From Alphaproteobacteria bacterium (GTDB taxonomy: Bacteria > Pseudomonadota > Alphaproteobacteria > JAEULC01), in NCBI GenBank assembly GCA_023150455.1, contig JAKLKW010000003.1, positions 5,887 through 69,886 on the forward strand: a stretch of 64,000 bases of DNA, read 5' to 3'. The notes below the pieces were generated by a model. The model was not told the origin of the DNA. It did no database searches and saw nothing but the letters and a program-made list of their open reading frames with translations. The position numbers and the translations under genes are program-made. This document shows, in pieces, positions 49,513-58,270 of this stretch; positions within the stretch are counted from its first letter, which is position 1; each line of letters opens with the position of its first letter.

Positions 49513-50847
49513 CTACTGCACCAGCTTGCTCGCGGTGATCTGGATCGGCTTGACGCCCATCGCCGAGCAGCCGGAATTGTCGATCGCCGAGTTGCCGATG
49601 AAGGTGATCAGCCGCGCCACGATCTCGATGCAGGCGTTCGTGGTCGTGTCGGTGGTCCCGGACCACTGCACCTCGCTCTTGGGCGCGTAGATTGCGCCGT
49701 TCAGCACCTGCGTCGACCCGCCGTTGAGCTTCATGACGCCCGAGCTGCCCGCCTTGCGGTCCTGCACGATCAACAGGCCGGCGAAGGGATTGCCGGCGTC
49801 GCTCGGCGCCTGCAGCTTGACGTCCGCGCCGCCGTTGATGTCGGCGATGCCGATATCGTCCGCCGAGCCGGAGCTGGTGAGCACGAAGGTGACGCCGCTG
49901 GTGCCGGTGCAGCTGGGGCACTTGATGGTCGCCTGGCCGTTCACCTTGAGGTCGCCGCCGTCGATGTAGTAGGTGCCGGGCGACAGCGTGACGACCGCCT
50001 GGGCGCCGATGTCGAGTCCCTTGCAGTAGGTCCCGGGCGACAGCGTCGCGGCGCCCGAATTGACCTTCTTGTTCGTGAAGCTGCAAGAGCCCGGCGACGG
50101 GATGGTCAGGCTCGCATAGGGGTCGCTGAGCGCCCACATCTCGGTCATCGGCGGCGCAGCGAGATTGAGCGTGCTCGACCCGCCTTGGGTGTAGTTGCCG
50201 GCGGTCCACAGCGAGTGCGCGGACAGCGTGCTCGACCCGCCGATCGAGATGGCCGACGGGTCGACCGAGTTCGCGGCCACGACGCAGCCCTCCATGCCGA
50301 TGGTCGCGTTGCCGCTGTTCTTCACCGCCGCGCTCGCGCTCGCATCGAGCGCCAGCACGCAGGCATCGCCGGTCATCTCGGCCATCGCCACGGAGGACGA
50401 CGTGATCGTCGTGGCGCCGTCGCCGGTGCCGCCGGTCAGCGACAGCGGAATGATCTTCGGCTGCGTCGTGGTGATGATCACCTCGACCGCTGCGTTGTTG
50501 CCGGCATAGAGGCCCGACATGGGCGGCGAGTTGACCGTCACCGTGGTCGACGTCCCGTCGCTGAAGCCGTTGGCGGTGGCGGCGTTGCGCGCCGCCGTGG
50601 TGACGACGGCGCCGGTCTCGCCCCTGCCGCGCTCGATCGCGCCGGCCAGCGCCGCGGCGTCGGCCGCCGTCTGCTCGGCGCGCTTGATGCGATAGAGCAG
50701 GCCGGCCTCGAGGCCGAAGCCCACCAGCGCGATGACGAACGGCGCCGCCATCGAGACCGTCAGCATCACGCTGCCGGAACGGTCCTTGAAGAACCGGTCG
50801 AGGAAGGTGAGCGGCTTCGATCGGATACCCGGGGCCTGCAAATTCAT
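49513..50847 (-). CDS. TadG-like large putative pilus-assembly/adhesin protein
   Basis: GAGGAGA ribosome-binding site. N-terminal TadE-like TM segment (VMLTVSMAAPFVIALVGFGLEAG), then a long Gly/Thr/Ser/Ala-rich beta-rich region. Confidence 0.65.
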   Translation of the reverse strand: MNLQAPGIRSKPLTFLDRFFKDRSGSVMLTVSMAAPFVIALVGFGLEAGLLYRIKRAEQTAADAAALAGAIERGRGETGAVVTTAARNAATANGFSDGTSTTVTVNSPPMSGLYAGNNAAVEVIITTTQPKIIPLSLTGGTGDGATTITSSSVAMAEMTGDACVLALDASASAAVKNSGNATIGMEGCVVAANSVDPSAISIGGSSTLSAHSLWTAGNYTQGGSSTLNLAAPPMTEMWALSDPYASLTIPSPGSCSFTNKKVNSGAATLSPGTYCKGLDIGAQAVVTLSPGTYYIDGGDLKVNGQATIKCPSCTGTSGVTFVLTSSGSADDIGIADINGGADVKLQAPSDAGNPFAGLLIVQDRKAGSSGVMKLNGGSTQVLNGAIYAPKSEVQWSGTTDTTTNACIEIVARLITFIGNSAIDNSGCSAMGVKPIQITASKLVQ

Positions 50848-51517
50848 GGTGTTTCTCCTCTTGCGCTGTCGTCCCAGCTCCCGAGCAACCACTTCATGTC
50901 CGTTTCCCGGACTTGAACACGAGACTATGGTCGCGGCGATTAATGCGATCTTTACAGTCGCTCGCGGTTTATCGTTATTTTCCAGATACTTGCCTGATAC
51001 CGCCTCGCAACCGCGATGCGTCTATTGCGATGCGTCGGCCGCGCCAGCCCGCGCTCGCGCGCCTGCCCCGGGGCGTCGCCGGCCGCCCTAAGCGCCGGAT
51101 GGGCGACCGCCTTTGCGGCGTCGGGCGGCGTGCCCGTCTTGGTCGACAAAATGATTGGCCCGCTGGCGCGCGCGGCCCGCGTGGATCGCGGCCGGGAACC
51201 CGAGCGCCGCAGCGTGCGGTTGGTGGCCGCGAATTCTTTCGGTCGGGCCGGCGTGGTCACTGTGAACGCGCGGCGGCGGCGGCGGCGGCGACCCCGGCGA
51301 AGGTGGCGAAGGAATCGACCGGCGCGCGCGACGATGTCGCGCGCGGCCGCCTCGGGCACGGGCGTGGCCAGGAAGGACCGGCAGGAAAAGCGCGTGGCGG
51401 CGGAAGCGGCGCATCATGCGGGCGATGGATGACTCAGATCAATGCGCGCGCGCGCGCCGCCGCGGAGGATCGCCGCATCGGCGCCGCGTTCCCCCACCGG
51501 CGCAGGCGAGGTGTCCC

Positions 51518-51766
51518 ATGAAACTGTTCGTGATCGAGGCATATGGCGGCAAGGGCGCCGTCGACGGGCCGATCGGCCATTTCACGGTGCTGGCGGAGAC
51601 GCTCGGCGAGGCGGTCGAGCTGATCCGCAGCAGCACGCATGGCGGAGGCTCCGACCGGCTCGAGGTGATCGAGGAGCGCGAGGAGGCCGACGACGTCGTG
51701 CCGCGCATCCTGCAGGAAGGCTCCGGCGCCTACATGAAGCCGACGCGGGAGCTGACCCGCCATTGA
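51518..51766 (+). CDS. Small hypothetical protein (82 aa, acidic)
   Basis: MKLFVIEAYGGKGAVDGPIGHFTVLAETLGEAVELIRS... with coding-like GC3. Convergent with the HhH gene. Confidence 0.4.
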   Translation: MKLFVIEAYGGKGAVDGPIGHFTVLAETLGEAVELIRSSTHGGGSDRLEVIEEREEADDVVPRILQEGSGAYMKPTRELTRH

Positions 51767-51776
51767 GGTCCGCGCG

Positions 51777-52712
51777 TCAGCGCGGTGGCGCGCGCTCGTA
51801 GACCCCGAAGCATTCGCGCTCGCGCCCGCGCACCACGCGCCGCCCGGCCAGCGGGCCGCGCGTCTCGGTGACGACCGTGCGCTGCGCCTCGCCGCCGCTA
51901 TCGGCGTGGAAGTACAGCACGACCCAGTCCTCGACCTTGCCGAGCTCGTGGGCGCGCACGGTGTTCGAGTACAAGGCGGTGAACTCCCACGCGCCGCGGC
52001 GCGTGTGCAGGATCGGCAGCCAGGCCTCGCCCGCGGGATTGAGCCGCTTGGGCGCGATCTTGCGCAGCTCGCCCGCCTGCGCCCTGGCGCGGTATTCGCG
52101 GTCGACGTCGAGCAGCATCGCAACCGGCGGCTCGGCCGCGGGGGCGATCCGCGCCGGGCGGATGCGCGCCAGCATCTCGGCCAGCGCCGCGCGCAGCAGC
52201 CGCAGGCGCCGCGGGCCGATGCCCGGCACGGGCTTCGGCTCCGCCTCGTGCAGCGCGGCCTCGAGCTGCTCCAGCGTCTCGACGTGCAGGGTCTCGTGCA
52301 GGCGCTCGGCCAGGGCCGGGCCGACCCCGGGGATGGTGGAAAAGACGTCGCGCGGCTCGGCCGAGCCGCGCAGGCGCTCGAGGTAGATCCACCTTCCGGT
52401 GCGCGCGAGCTCGGCCAGCGCGGCGGCGATGCGCGGGCCGACGCCGGGGATCCGCTCCAGCGCTTCCACCCCGCCCGCGTCCAGCAGCGCGTGCAGGTCC
52501 GTGTCCAGGGCCGCGACCGCGTCCGCGGCCCGGCGATAGGCGGCGGCCCGGAAGGGATTTTCGTCCTGGTGCGCCAGCAGCGCCGCGGCGTCGCGCAGAC
52601 GCTCGGCGGCCAGCCGGTTGAAGGCCGAGGCCCCCGCCGGCGCCGCGCCCCCGACCTCGCCGGGAGCATCCGGCGCCGCGGCGGTACGGTTGCCAGCGCC
52701 GACCACGGCCAT
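51777..52712 (-). CDS. Helix-hairpin-helix DNA-binding protein resembling the N-terminal 8-kDa and fingers domains of family X polymerases, without a polymerase palm domain
   Basis: NPFRAAAYRRAADAVAAL (PolX-lyase-like) and two HhH GIG motifs (IPGVGPRIAAAL, IPGVGPALAERL, VPGIGPRRLRLL). C-terminal about 100 aa of unknown fold. Start chosen at MAVVGAG. Confidence 0.65.
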   Translation of the reverse strand: MAVVGAGNRTAAAPDAPGEVGGAAPAGASAFNRLAAERLRDAAALLAHQDENPFRAAAYRRAADAVAALDTDLHALLDAGGVEALERIPGVGPRIAAALAELARTGRWIYLERLRGSAEPRDVFSTIPGVGPALAERLHETLHVETLEQLEAALHEAEPKPVPGIGPRRLRLLRAALAEMLARIRPARIAPAAEPPVAMLLDVDREYRARAQAGELRKIAPKRLNPAGEAWLPILHTRRGAWEFTALYSNTVRAHELGKVEDWVVLYFHADSGGEAQRTVVTETRGPLAGRRVVRGRERECFGVYERAPPR

Positions 52713-52874
52713 GCGACTCCTGCAAGCCCGCCGATCCATTTCGTGCGCGCCGGATCGTTCGCGCGATGCGCCAGCATACCAAGCGCGTTGCGTTGTTGCT
52801 TGACCTGGATCAAAGACCGCCCGGCAGACCCGCCGCCATCGTCGCGGCCGTCTCGTCGACGACCGGAGCCCACG

Positions 52875-53102
52875 ATGCGCATCGATGTCGAATCCACGCG
52901 CGACGCAAGCGGCGGCGAGGTCCCGATCCGGCTGGCCCTCGGCGGTCGGCGAATCGGCGTGGCCGAGATTGTCGACTGCTGGCCCGGTCCCGACTATCGC
53001 TACTTCAAGATCAAGGGCGAGGACTCGGCGCTCTACATCCTCCGTCACGACGAGATCCGCGGGACCTGGGACCTGACGATGTTCCAGCGATCGCCGCCAT
53101 GA
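52875..53102 (+). CDS. Small hypothetical protein (75 aa)
   Basis: MRIDVESTRDASGGEVPIRLALGGRRIGVAEIVDCWPGPDYRYFKIKGEDSALYILRHDEIRGTWDLTMF. Divergent from the HhH gene. A REP half-site follows its stop. Confidence 0.4.
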   Translation: MRIDVESTRDASGGEVPIRLALGGRRIGVAEIVDCWPGPDYRYFKIKGEDSALYILRHDEIRGTWDLTMFQRSPP

Positions 53103-53130
53103 CCGTGCCGGACCGGAACCGGCGGCGCCA

Positions 53131-53153
53131 GGCGCGCGTTGATCCGCGCGCCC
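53131..53153. repeat. REP-like half element (single cgcgcg-TTGATCC-gcgcgc hairpin, locus E)
   Basis: ggcgcgcgttgatccgcgcgcc, identical to hairpin 2 of loci B and D. Confidence 0.5.
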
Positions 53154-53273
53154 GACACCTAGCGCTGTTCCTACGACGGCGACGAGGCCGCTTGATCTGA
53201 GTCAAAGGGTCGGCGCGACGCGTGCGTTAGCCTGCGACGGCCGGCCCACGGCAATGAGGCCGGCGGACCCGGA

Positions 53274-54332
53274 GTGCCGCTCACGACCATGGCGACGTTC
53301 ATCCATCCGCGGCTCGTCAACGACGTCTTCGGCGACCCGGGCGTCTATGCCGAGCTCATGTTCGAGCGGCGCGCCCTGCTGCTCGATCTGGGCGATCTCG
53401 CACCCTTGAGCGCCAGCGCGCTTCTGAAGGTGAGCCACGTCTTCATCAGCCACGCCCATGCCGACCATTTCTCCGGCTTCGACCGGCTGCTGCGCCTTTG
53501 CCTCGGACGCGACAAGACCGTCGCGCTGTTCGGGCCGCCCGGACTCGCCGACCGGGTCGGCCACAAGCTCGCCGGCTATTCCTGGAACCTCGTGCACAAC
53601 TACGAGGCCGAGCTCGTCTTCGCGGTAACCGAGATCCATCCGGGCGCGCAGACGACCGCGGCGCGCTACCGCTCGAGCACCGGCTTCCAGCGCGAGCCGG
53701 CGCCGCAGGGCGCCGCCGAGGCCGGCATCGTGTGGGACGAGCCGGCGCTGCGCGTGCGCGCCGTGGCGCTGGATCACCAGATCCCCTCGATGGCCTACGC
53801 GATCGAGGAAAAGGCGCATGTCAACATCTGGAAGAACCGCCTGGCGGAGCGCGGCTGGCCGGTCGGCCCGTGGCTGGCCGAGCTCAAGCGCGCGACGCTC
53901 GCCGGCCTGCCGGACGACACGCCGTTCCGCATCTGGTGGCGCGAGCAGGGAGAGCCGCGCGAGACGCAGGTGCCGCTCGGCACGCTCAAGGCCGAGGTGC
54001 TCAACATCGTGCCCGGGCGCAAGATTGCCTACGTGGTCGACGCGGTCTTTCACGAAGCCAACGCGCAGCGCATCGCCGGGCTCGCCGCGGGCGCCGACAT
54101 TCTCTTCATCGAGTCGCCGTTCCTCGACGCCGACGCGGCGATCGCGGCGCGCAAGCATCACCTGACCGCGCGCCAGGCCGGGCTGCTGGCCCGGCGCGCC
54201 GGCGCCAAGGAGCTCGTCACCTTCCACTATTCGCCGCGCTATCTCGGCCGCGCCGACGAGCTGCGGCGGGAAGCCCGGATCGCGTTCGCGCAAGGCGCCG
54301 TGCCCGACCACCCGATGCGGCAGGTGTCATGA
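53274..54332 (+). CDS. MBL-fold metallo-hydrolase (RNase Z-like subgroup)
   Basis: HxHxDH motif (ISHAHADHFSG) and further His/Asp ligands. Confidence 0.85.
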   Translation: MPLTTMATFIHPRLVNDVFGDPGVYAELMFERRALLLDLGDLAPLSASALLKVSHVFISHAHADHFSGFDRLLRLCLGRDKTVALFGPPGLADRVGHKLAGYSWNLVHNYEAELVFAVTEIHPGAQTTAARYRSSTGFQREPAPQGAAEAGIVWDEPALRVRAVALDHQIPSMAYAIEEKAHVNIWKNRLAERGWPVGPWLAELKRATLAGLPDDTPFRIWWREQGEPRETQVPLGTLKAEVLNIVPGRKIAYVVDAVFHEANAQRIAGLAAGADILFIESPFLDADAAIAARKHHLTARQAGLLARRAGAKELVTFHYSPRYLGRADELRREARIAFAQGAVPDHPMRQVS

Positions 54333-55999
54333 CGGCGCGCTTGCGGCTCGTGCTGCGCCTGGTGGCGCTGGCGCTGCTGCTGCCCGCCGGCGCGCCGGCG
54401 CGCGCCGACGCCTTCCCGCCGCCCTCCGTCGTCGCGGCCGAGATCCGCGGCCAGGTCGATGGCGCCGCCGCGCGCGGCGTCGCCGGCGAGCCGGTGATGG
54501 CCGACGCGCTGCGTCGCGTCTACGAGCTGGCGCAGCACGAGGCGCTTTGGCACGCGCGCCCCGAGGCGGAAGCGGACGCCCGCGAGATCGAGGCGCGGCT
54601 TCGCGCCGCCGGCGATCACGGGCTCGATACCGGCGATCTGCACCTGCCCGCGCTCGCGCGCCTGCAAGGCGCCGGCGACGCAAGGGCGCTGGCCGAGCGC
54701 GACGTGCTGCTGACCGACGCGCTGTTGCGCCATGCCGTCAAGCTGCGCCAGGGCAGCGTGCCGGAAGACGCGTTCGGCCAGGGCTGGTCGATCGAGGCCG
54801 ACGACTTCCTGCCGGCGGACGGGCTGATCCAGGCGGTCCGCGAGCGGTCGGTCGCTTCCTGGCTCGACGCGCTCGAGCCGGCCGATCCGCAGTACCGCCG
54901 TCTCATCGGTGCGCTGCGCCACTATCGCGGCATCGCGGCACTCGGCGGCTGGCCCATCGTCCCGGGCGACGAGGAGCTGAAGCTCGACGGCGACGACCCG
55001 CGCCTGCCGGTGCTGCGCGAGCGCCTCGGGGCGGAAGGCGACCTGCCGGACGGCGCGCGCGACGCGCCGGCCCTCCTCGCCGCCGTGCAACGGTTCCAGG
55101 CGCGCCACGGTCTCGATCCCGACGGGCGGATCGGCGCCGCGACGCTGGCGGCGCTGCACGTGACGGCCGACCATCGCGCCGCCCAGATCGCCGCCAATCT
55201 CGAGCGTTGGCGCCGCCTGCCGCGCCGCGCGGACGACGTGTATGTCGAGGTCAACGTCGCCGACGCCACGCTCACGCTGGTCGAGCACGGCGTACCCGTG
55301 CTCACGACGCGCGTCATCGTCGGCGACGTGCGGCACCGCACGCCCGTGCTCGCGGCAACCATCACCGGGATCACGCTCAACCCGTTCTGGAACGTGCCCC
55401 GGTCGATCGCGACGCGCGAGATGCTGCCGCGCCTGCGCCGCGACCCGGCGTATCTCGCCGCCAACCAGATCGCCATCATCGAGCGGCCGGACGACCCCTT
55501 CGGCAAAGGCGTCGACTGGCGCAGCTTGTCGGCGGCGGGATTTCCCTACCGGCTGCGCCAGTTCCCCGGAGCGAAGAATTCGCTCGGCCGCATCAAGTTC
55601 GAAATGCCCAATGCGCTCGACGTGTACCTGCACGACACGCCCGGCAAGGCGCTGTTCCGGCGTCAGCAACGCGCCTTCAGCCACGGGTGCGTGCGCGTCG
55701 AGCACGCCCCCGCGCTCGCGCTTCGCCTGCTCGAACGGCCCGACTGGGACCGGGCGGCGCTCGACGCGGCCGTCGCCACCGGCGAGAACCGGCGCTTGAC
55801 GCTTTCCCGCCCCGTGCCGGTCTATCTGCTCTATTGGACCGCATTGGTCGACGACGCCGGCCGGGCGAGCTTCCGCCCCGACCTCTACGGACGCGATTTC
55901 CCCCTGATCCGCGCCCTGCGCTTCCACGCCCCCGGGCCGGCGGCCGCCACGGCAGAGGCGCTGCCGGCCGGCCATGGCCGGTACGACCTGCTCAATTGA
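54329..55999 (+). CDS. L,D-transpeptidase (YcbB/LdtD-like) with peptidoglycan-binding domain
   Basis: Signal peptide, PG_binding_1-like region (LLAAVQRFQARHGLDPDGRIGAATLAAL) and a YkuD catalytic domain (SHGCVRV). Start overlaps the MBL stop. Confidence 0.85.
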   Translation: MTARLRLVLRLVALALLLPAGAPARADAFPPPSVVAAEIRGQVDGAAARGVAGEPVMADALRRVYELAQHEALWHARPEAEADAREIEARLRAAGDHGLDTGDLHLPALARLQGAGDARALAERDVLLTDALLRHAVKLRQGSVPEDAFGQGWSIEADDFLPADGLIQAVRERSVASWLDALEPADPQYRRLIGALRHYRGIAALGGWPIVPGDEELKLDGDDPRLPVLRERLGAEGDLPDGARDAPALLAAVQRFQARHGLDPDGRIGAATLAALHVTADHRAAQIAANLERWRRLPRRADDVYVEVNVADATLTLVEHGVPVLTTRVIVGDVRHRTPVLAATITGITLNPFWNVPRSIATREMLPRLRRDPAYLAANQIAIIERPDDPFGKGVDWRSLSAAGFPYRLRQFPGAKNSLGRIKFEMPNALDVYLHDTPGKALFRRQQRAFSHGCVRVEHAPALALRLLERPDWDRAALDAAVATGENRRLTLSRPVPVYLLYWTALVDDAGRASFRPDLYGRDFPLIRALRFHAPGPAAATAEALPAGHGRYDLLN

Positions 56000-56067
56000 G
56001 GCTGGCGCGGCGCGCCCCGCGCCGCTATTTTGGCCTTAGCCAGGGGCAACGACATCCAGGGGACTGC

Positions 56068-56634
56068 GTGAGCGGAAGGGCAGAGGGTGCGGCGCGCGGC
56101 GCGCCGGCGACGCGACGGCGATTTCTCCTCATGACGGCCTCCGCGGGGTTGGCCGCGCCGGTATTGATTTCGGGCAAGGCCGAGGCGGCCCAGACGCGCT
56201 CCGTATCGTTCGAGAGCCTGCACACCGGCGAGCGGCTGCGAACGGTCTATTGGGCCGATGGCGACTACGTGCCCGGCGCGCTCAGCCGCGTCGATTGGGT
56301 CCTGCGCGACCACCGCAGCAACCTGTCGCATCCGATCGATCCGCGATTGCTCGACCTGCTCGACCGGCTGCGCCGCGCGCTCGACACGCACGAGCCCTAC
56401 CAGGTCATCTCCGGCTACCGCTCGCCCGCGACGAACAGCATGCTGGCGTCCGCGAGCACGGGCGTGGCGCGCAACAGCCTGCACACGCGCGGCGTCGCGA
56501 TCGACATTCGCGTCCCGGGCGTGTCGCTCGCCCGGCTACGCGACGCCGCCAGGAGTCTCGCGGCCGGCGGCGTCGGCTACTACGCGCGCTCCGACTTCGT
56601 CCACGTCGATATCGGCCGCGTGCGCGCCTGGTGA
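56068..56634 (+). CDS. DUF882 (YcbK-like, peptidase M15 superfamily) Tat-secreted protein
   Basis: GTG start. Twin-arginine motif TRRRFLLMTASAGL. Conserved HTRGVAIDIR / DFVHVDIGRV zinc-ligand region. Usual partner of YcbB-type L,D-transpeptidases. Confidence 0.8.
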   Translation: MSGRAEGAARGAPATRRRFLLMTASAGLAAPVLISGKAEAAQTRSVSFESLHTGERLRTVYWADGDYVPGALSRVDWVLRDHRSNLSHPIDPRLLDLLDRLRRALDTHEPYQVISGYRSPATNSMLASASTGVARNSLHTRGVAIDIRVPGVSLARLRDAARSLAAGGVGYYARSDFVHVDIGRVRAW

Positions 56635-57071
56635 GGTGCCGAAGGCGGACGTGACCGCGCGGTCACGTCACGGCTGGCGCGTCGTGTCCTTGTTTTCCTG
56701 AACCAGCGAATGATCGCGGTTGGCGGTCGCCTCGAACCAGGCGGCAACGGCCGCGGCCAGCAGGACCAACAGCGCGATCGATGTCGAACCGCGCAAGAGC
56801 CGAGATGACGCTGATCGGCATCCCGTTCCGCCCCTCGCCGATCGGGGCTTCGAGAAATTCGTTGTACTCGGAATGCATGAGCGAATATTGCGCCGGCAGG
56901 GCCATGACGTGCTCGCTTGTCTCGGGGAATGCCGTGCACCATAGCACTTTGCATGCCTTCCCGCCGGACAATCGCTCCCGCCGCGGCGAATGACGCAAAC
57001 GTGTTCGCCAGGGGCGCCGCGGAGCGCGGTCGCGGCAGGCCGCCTTTGCGCGGACCGCCGCGACCGTGCCT

Positions 57072-58136
57072 TCAGGGCCTGGCTTCGAGCACCATGTTGA
57101 AGGGCGTCTCGGCGGCGCGGCGCACGCGCGTGAAGCCGCCCTGGCGGCAAACCTCGGCCAGGCGCTTCTCGCCCGCCTGGGCGCCGAGCGCGGCGCCCAC
57201 GTCCTGGTTCAGCGACGCCGGCACGCACACGCTGGTCGAGAAGGCGTAGTACACGCGCCCGACCGGGTTGAGGTTGTCCGTCAGCGTGTCGCCGGCCATC
57301 GGCTCGACCAGCATCAGCGCGCCGTCGGGCTTCAGTGCCTTGCGCGCGCGGGCTGCCGCGCCGACCGGGTCGCCCATGTCGTGCAGCGCGTCGAACATGG
57401 TGACGAGGTCGAAGCCGCTGCCGGCGAAGTCCTGCGCGCGCGCGGCCTCGAAGCGCACGTTGGCGAGCTTGCCGCCGGCATGGGACCGCGCGTGTTCGCG
57501 CGCGCGCGCGACCGACGCCTCGTGGAAGTCGATGCCGACGAACTCGGACTTCGGGAACGCCGCCGCCATGATGATGGTGGAAGCGCCGTGGCCGCAGCCG
57601 ACATCGGCCACCTTGGCGCCGCGCTCGAGCTTGGCCACCATGCCGTCGAGCGCCGGCAGCCATTCGCCCACCAGATTGGCCTTGTAGCCCGGCCGGAAGA
57701 AGCGCTCGACGCCGCAGAACAGGCAGTTGCAGCGCTCGCCCCAGCCGACGCCCTTGCCGGTCTTGAAGGCCTCGGCAAGCTTGGGCTCGTCGGCGAACAC
57801 CGCCGCGAGCGAATGGAAGCCGCCGGTCATCAGAAACGGGCTCTCCTCGTCGGCGAAGACGGCCGCCTGCTCGGGCGACAGCGAGAACTTCCCGGTGTGC
57901 TTGTCCAGGGTCACGAAGCCGGAGGCGGCCTGCGACGCCAGCCACTCGCGCACCAGCCGCTCATGCGCGCCGGTGCGCCGGGCGAGCTCCGCCGGCGTGA
58001 GCGCCGTGCCGGCGGCAAGCGCGCGAAAGAGCCCGAGCTTGTCGCCGATGAGCACCAGCGCCGCGTTCGCCGCGGCGCCCAGCTCGTTCACCATCGTCCC
58101 GAGCAGCGGCTCGAGCTTCGTCATGTCCAGATTCAT
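57072..58136 (-). CDS. Class I SAM-dependent methyltransferase
   Basis: Motif I VADVGCGHGAS, motif post-I GIDFHEASV, motif II FDLVTMFDALHD. N-terminal winged-helix-like dimerisation region. Start at MNLDMTKLEP. Confidence 0.8.
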   Translation of the reverse strand: MNLDMTKLEPLLGTMVNELGAAANAALVLIGDKLGLFRALAAGTALTPAELARRTGAHERLVREWLASQAASGFVTLDKHTGKFSLSPEQAAVFADEESPFLMTGGFHSLAAVFADEPKLAEAFKTGKGVGWGERCNCLFCGVERFFRPGYKANLVGEWLPALDGMVAKLERGAKVADVGCGHGASTIIMAAAFPKSEFVGIDFHEASVARAREHARSHAGGKLANVRFEAARAQDFAGSGFDLVTMFDALHDMGDPVGAAARARKALKPDGALMLVEPMAGDTLTDNLNPVGRVYYAFSTSVCVPASLNQDVGAALGAQAGEKRLAEVCRQGGFTRVRRAAETPFNMVLEARP

Positions 58137-58270
58137 GGCTGTATCCTCTCGATTGTCCGGTTTGCGGCGCGGCAGCGCCGCGCTGGCCCGGGGACATAAG
58201 GCTGGAGGCGAACGGGCGTGAGAGGCAGAATGGCCGCCATGGAGCCAATCGAGCCAAGGCCCGGCCATCC

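Noticed and set aside
50848-51520. Searched upstream of the TadG-like gene for an Flp pilin or CpaA gene, and evaluated the 135-aa ORF at 50952-51359 on the minus strand.
   Set aside because: No Flp-like peptide (IEYGLIAALIA motif) appears in any frame. The 135-aa ORF is Arg-rich with poor GC3 and is most likely non-coding promoter-region DNA.
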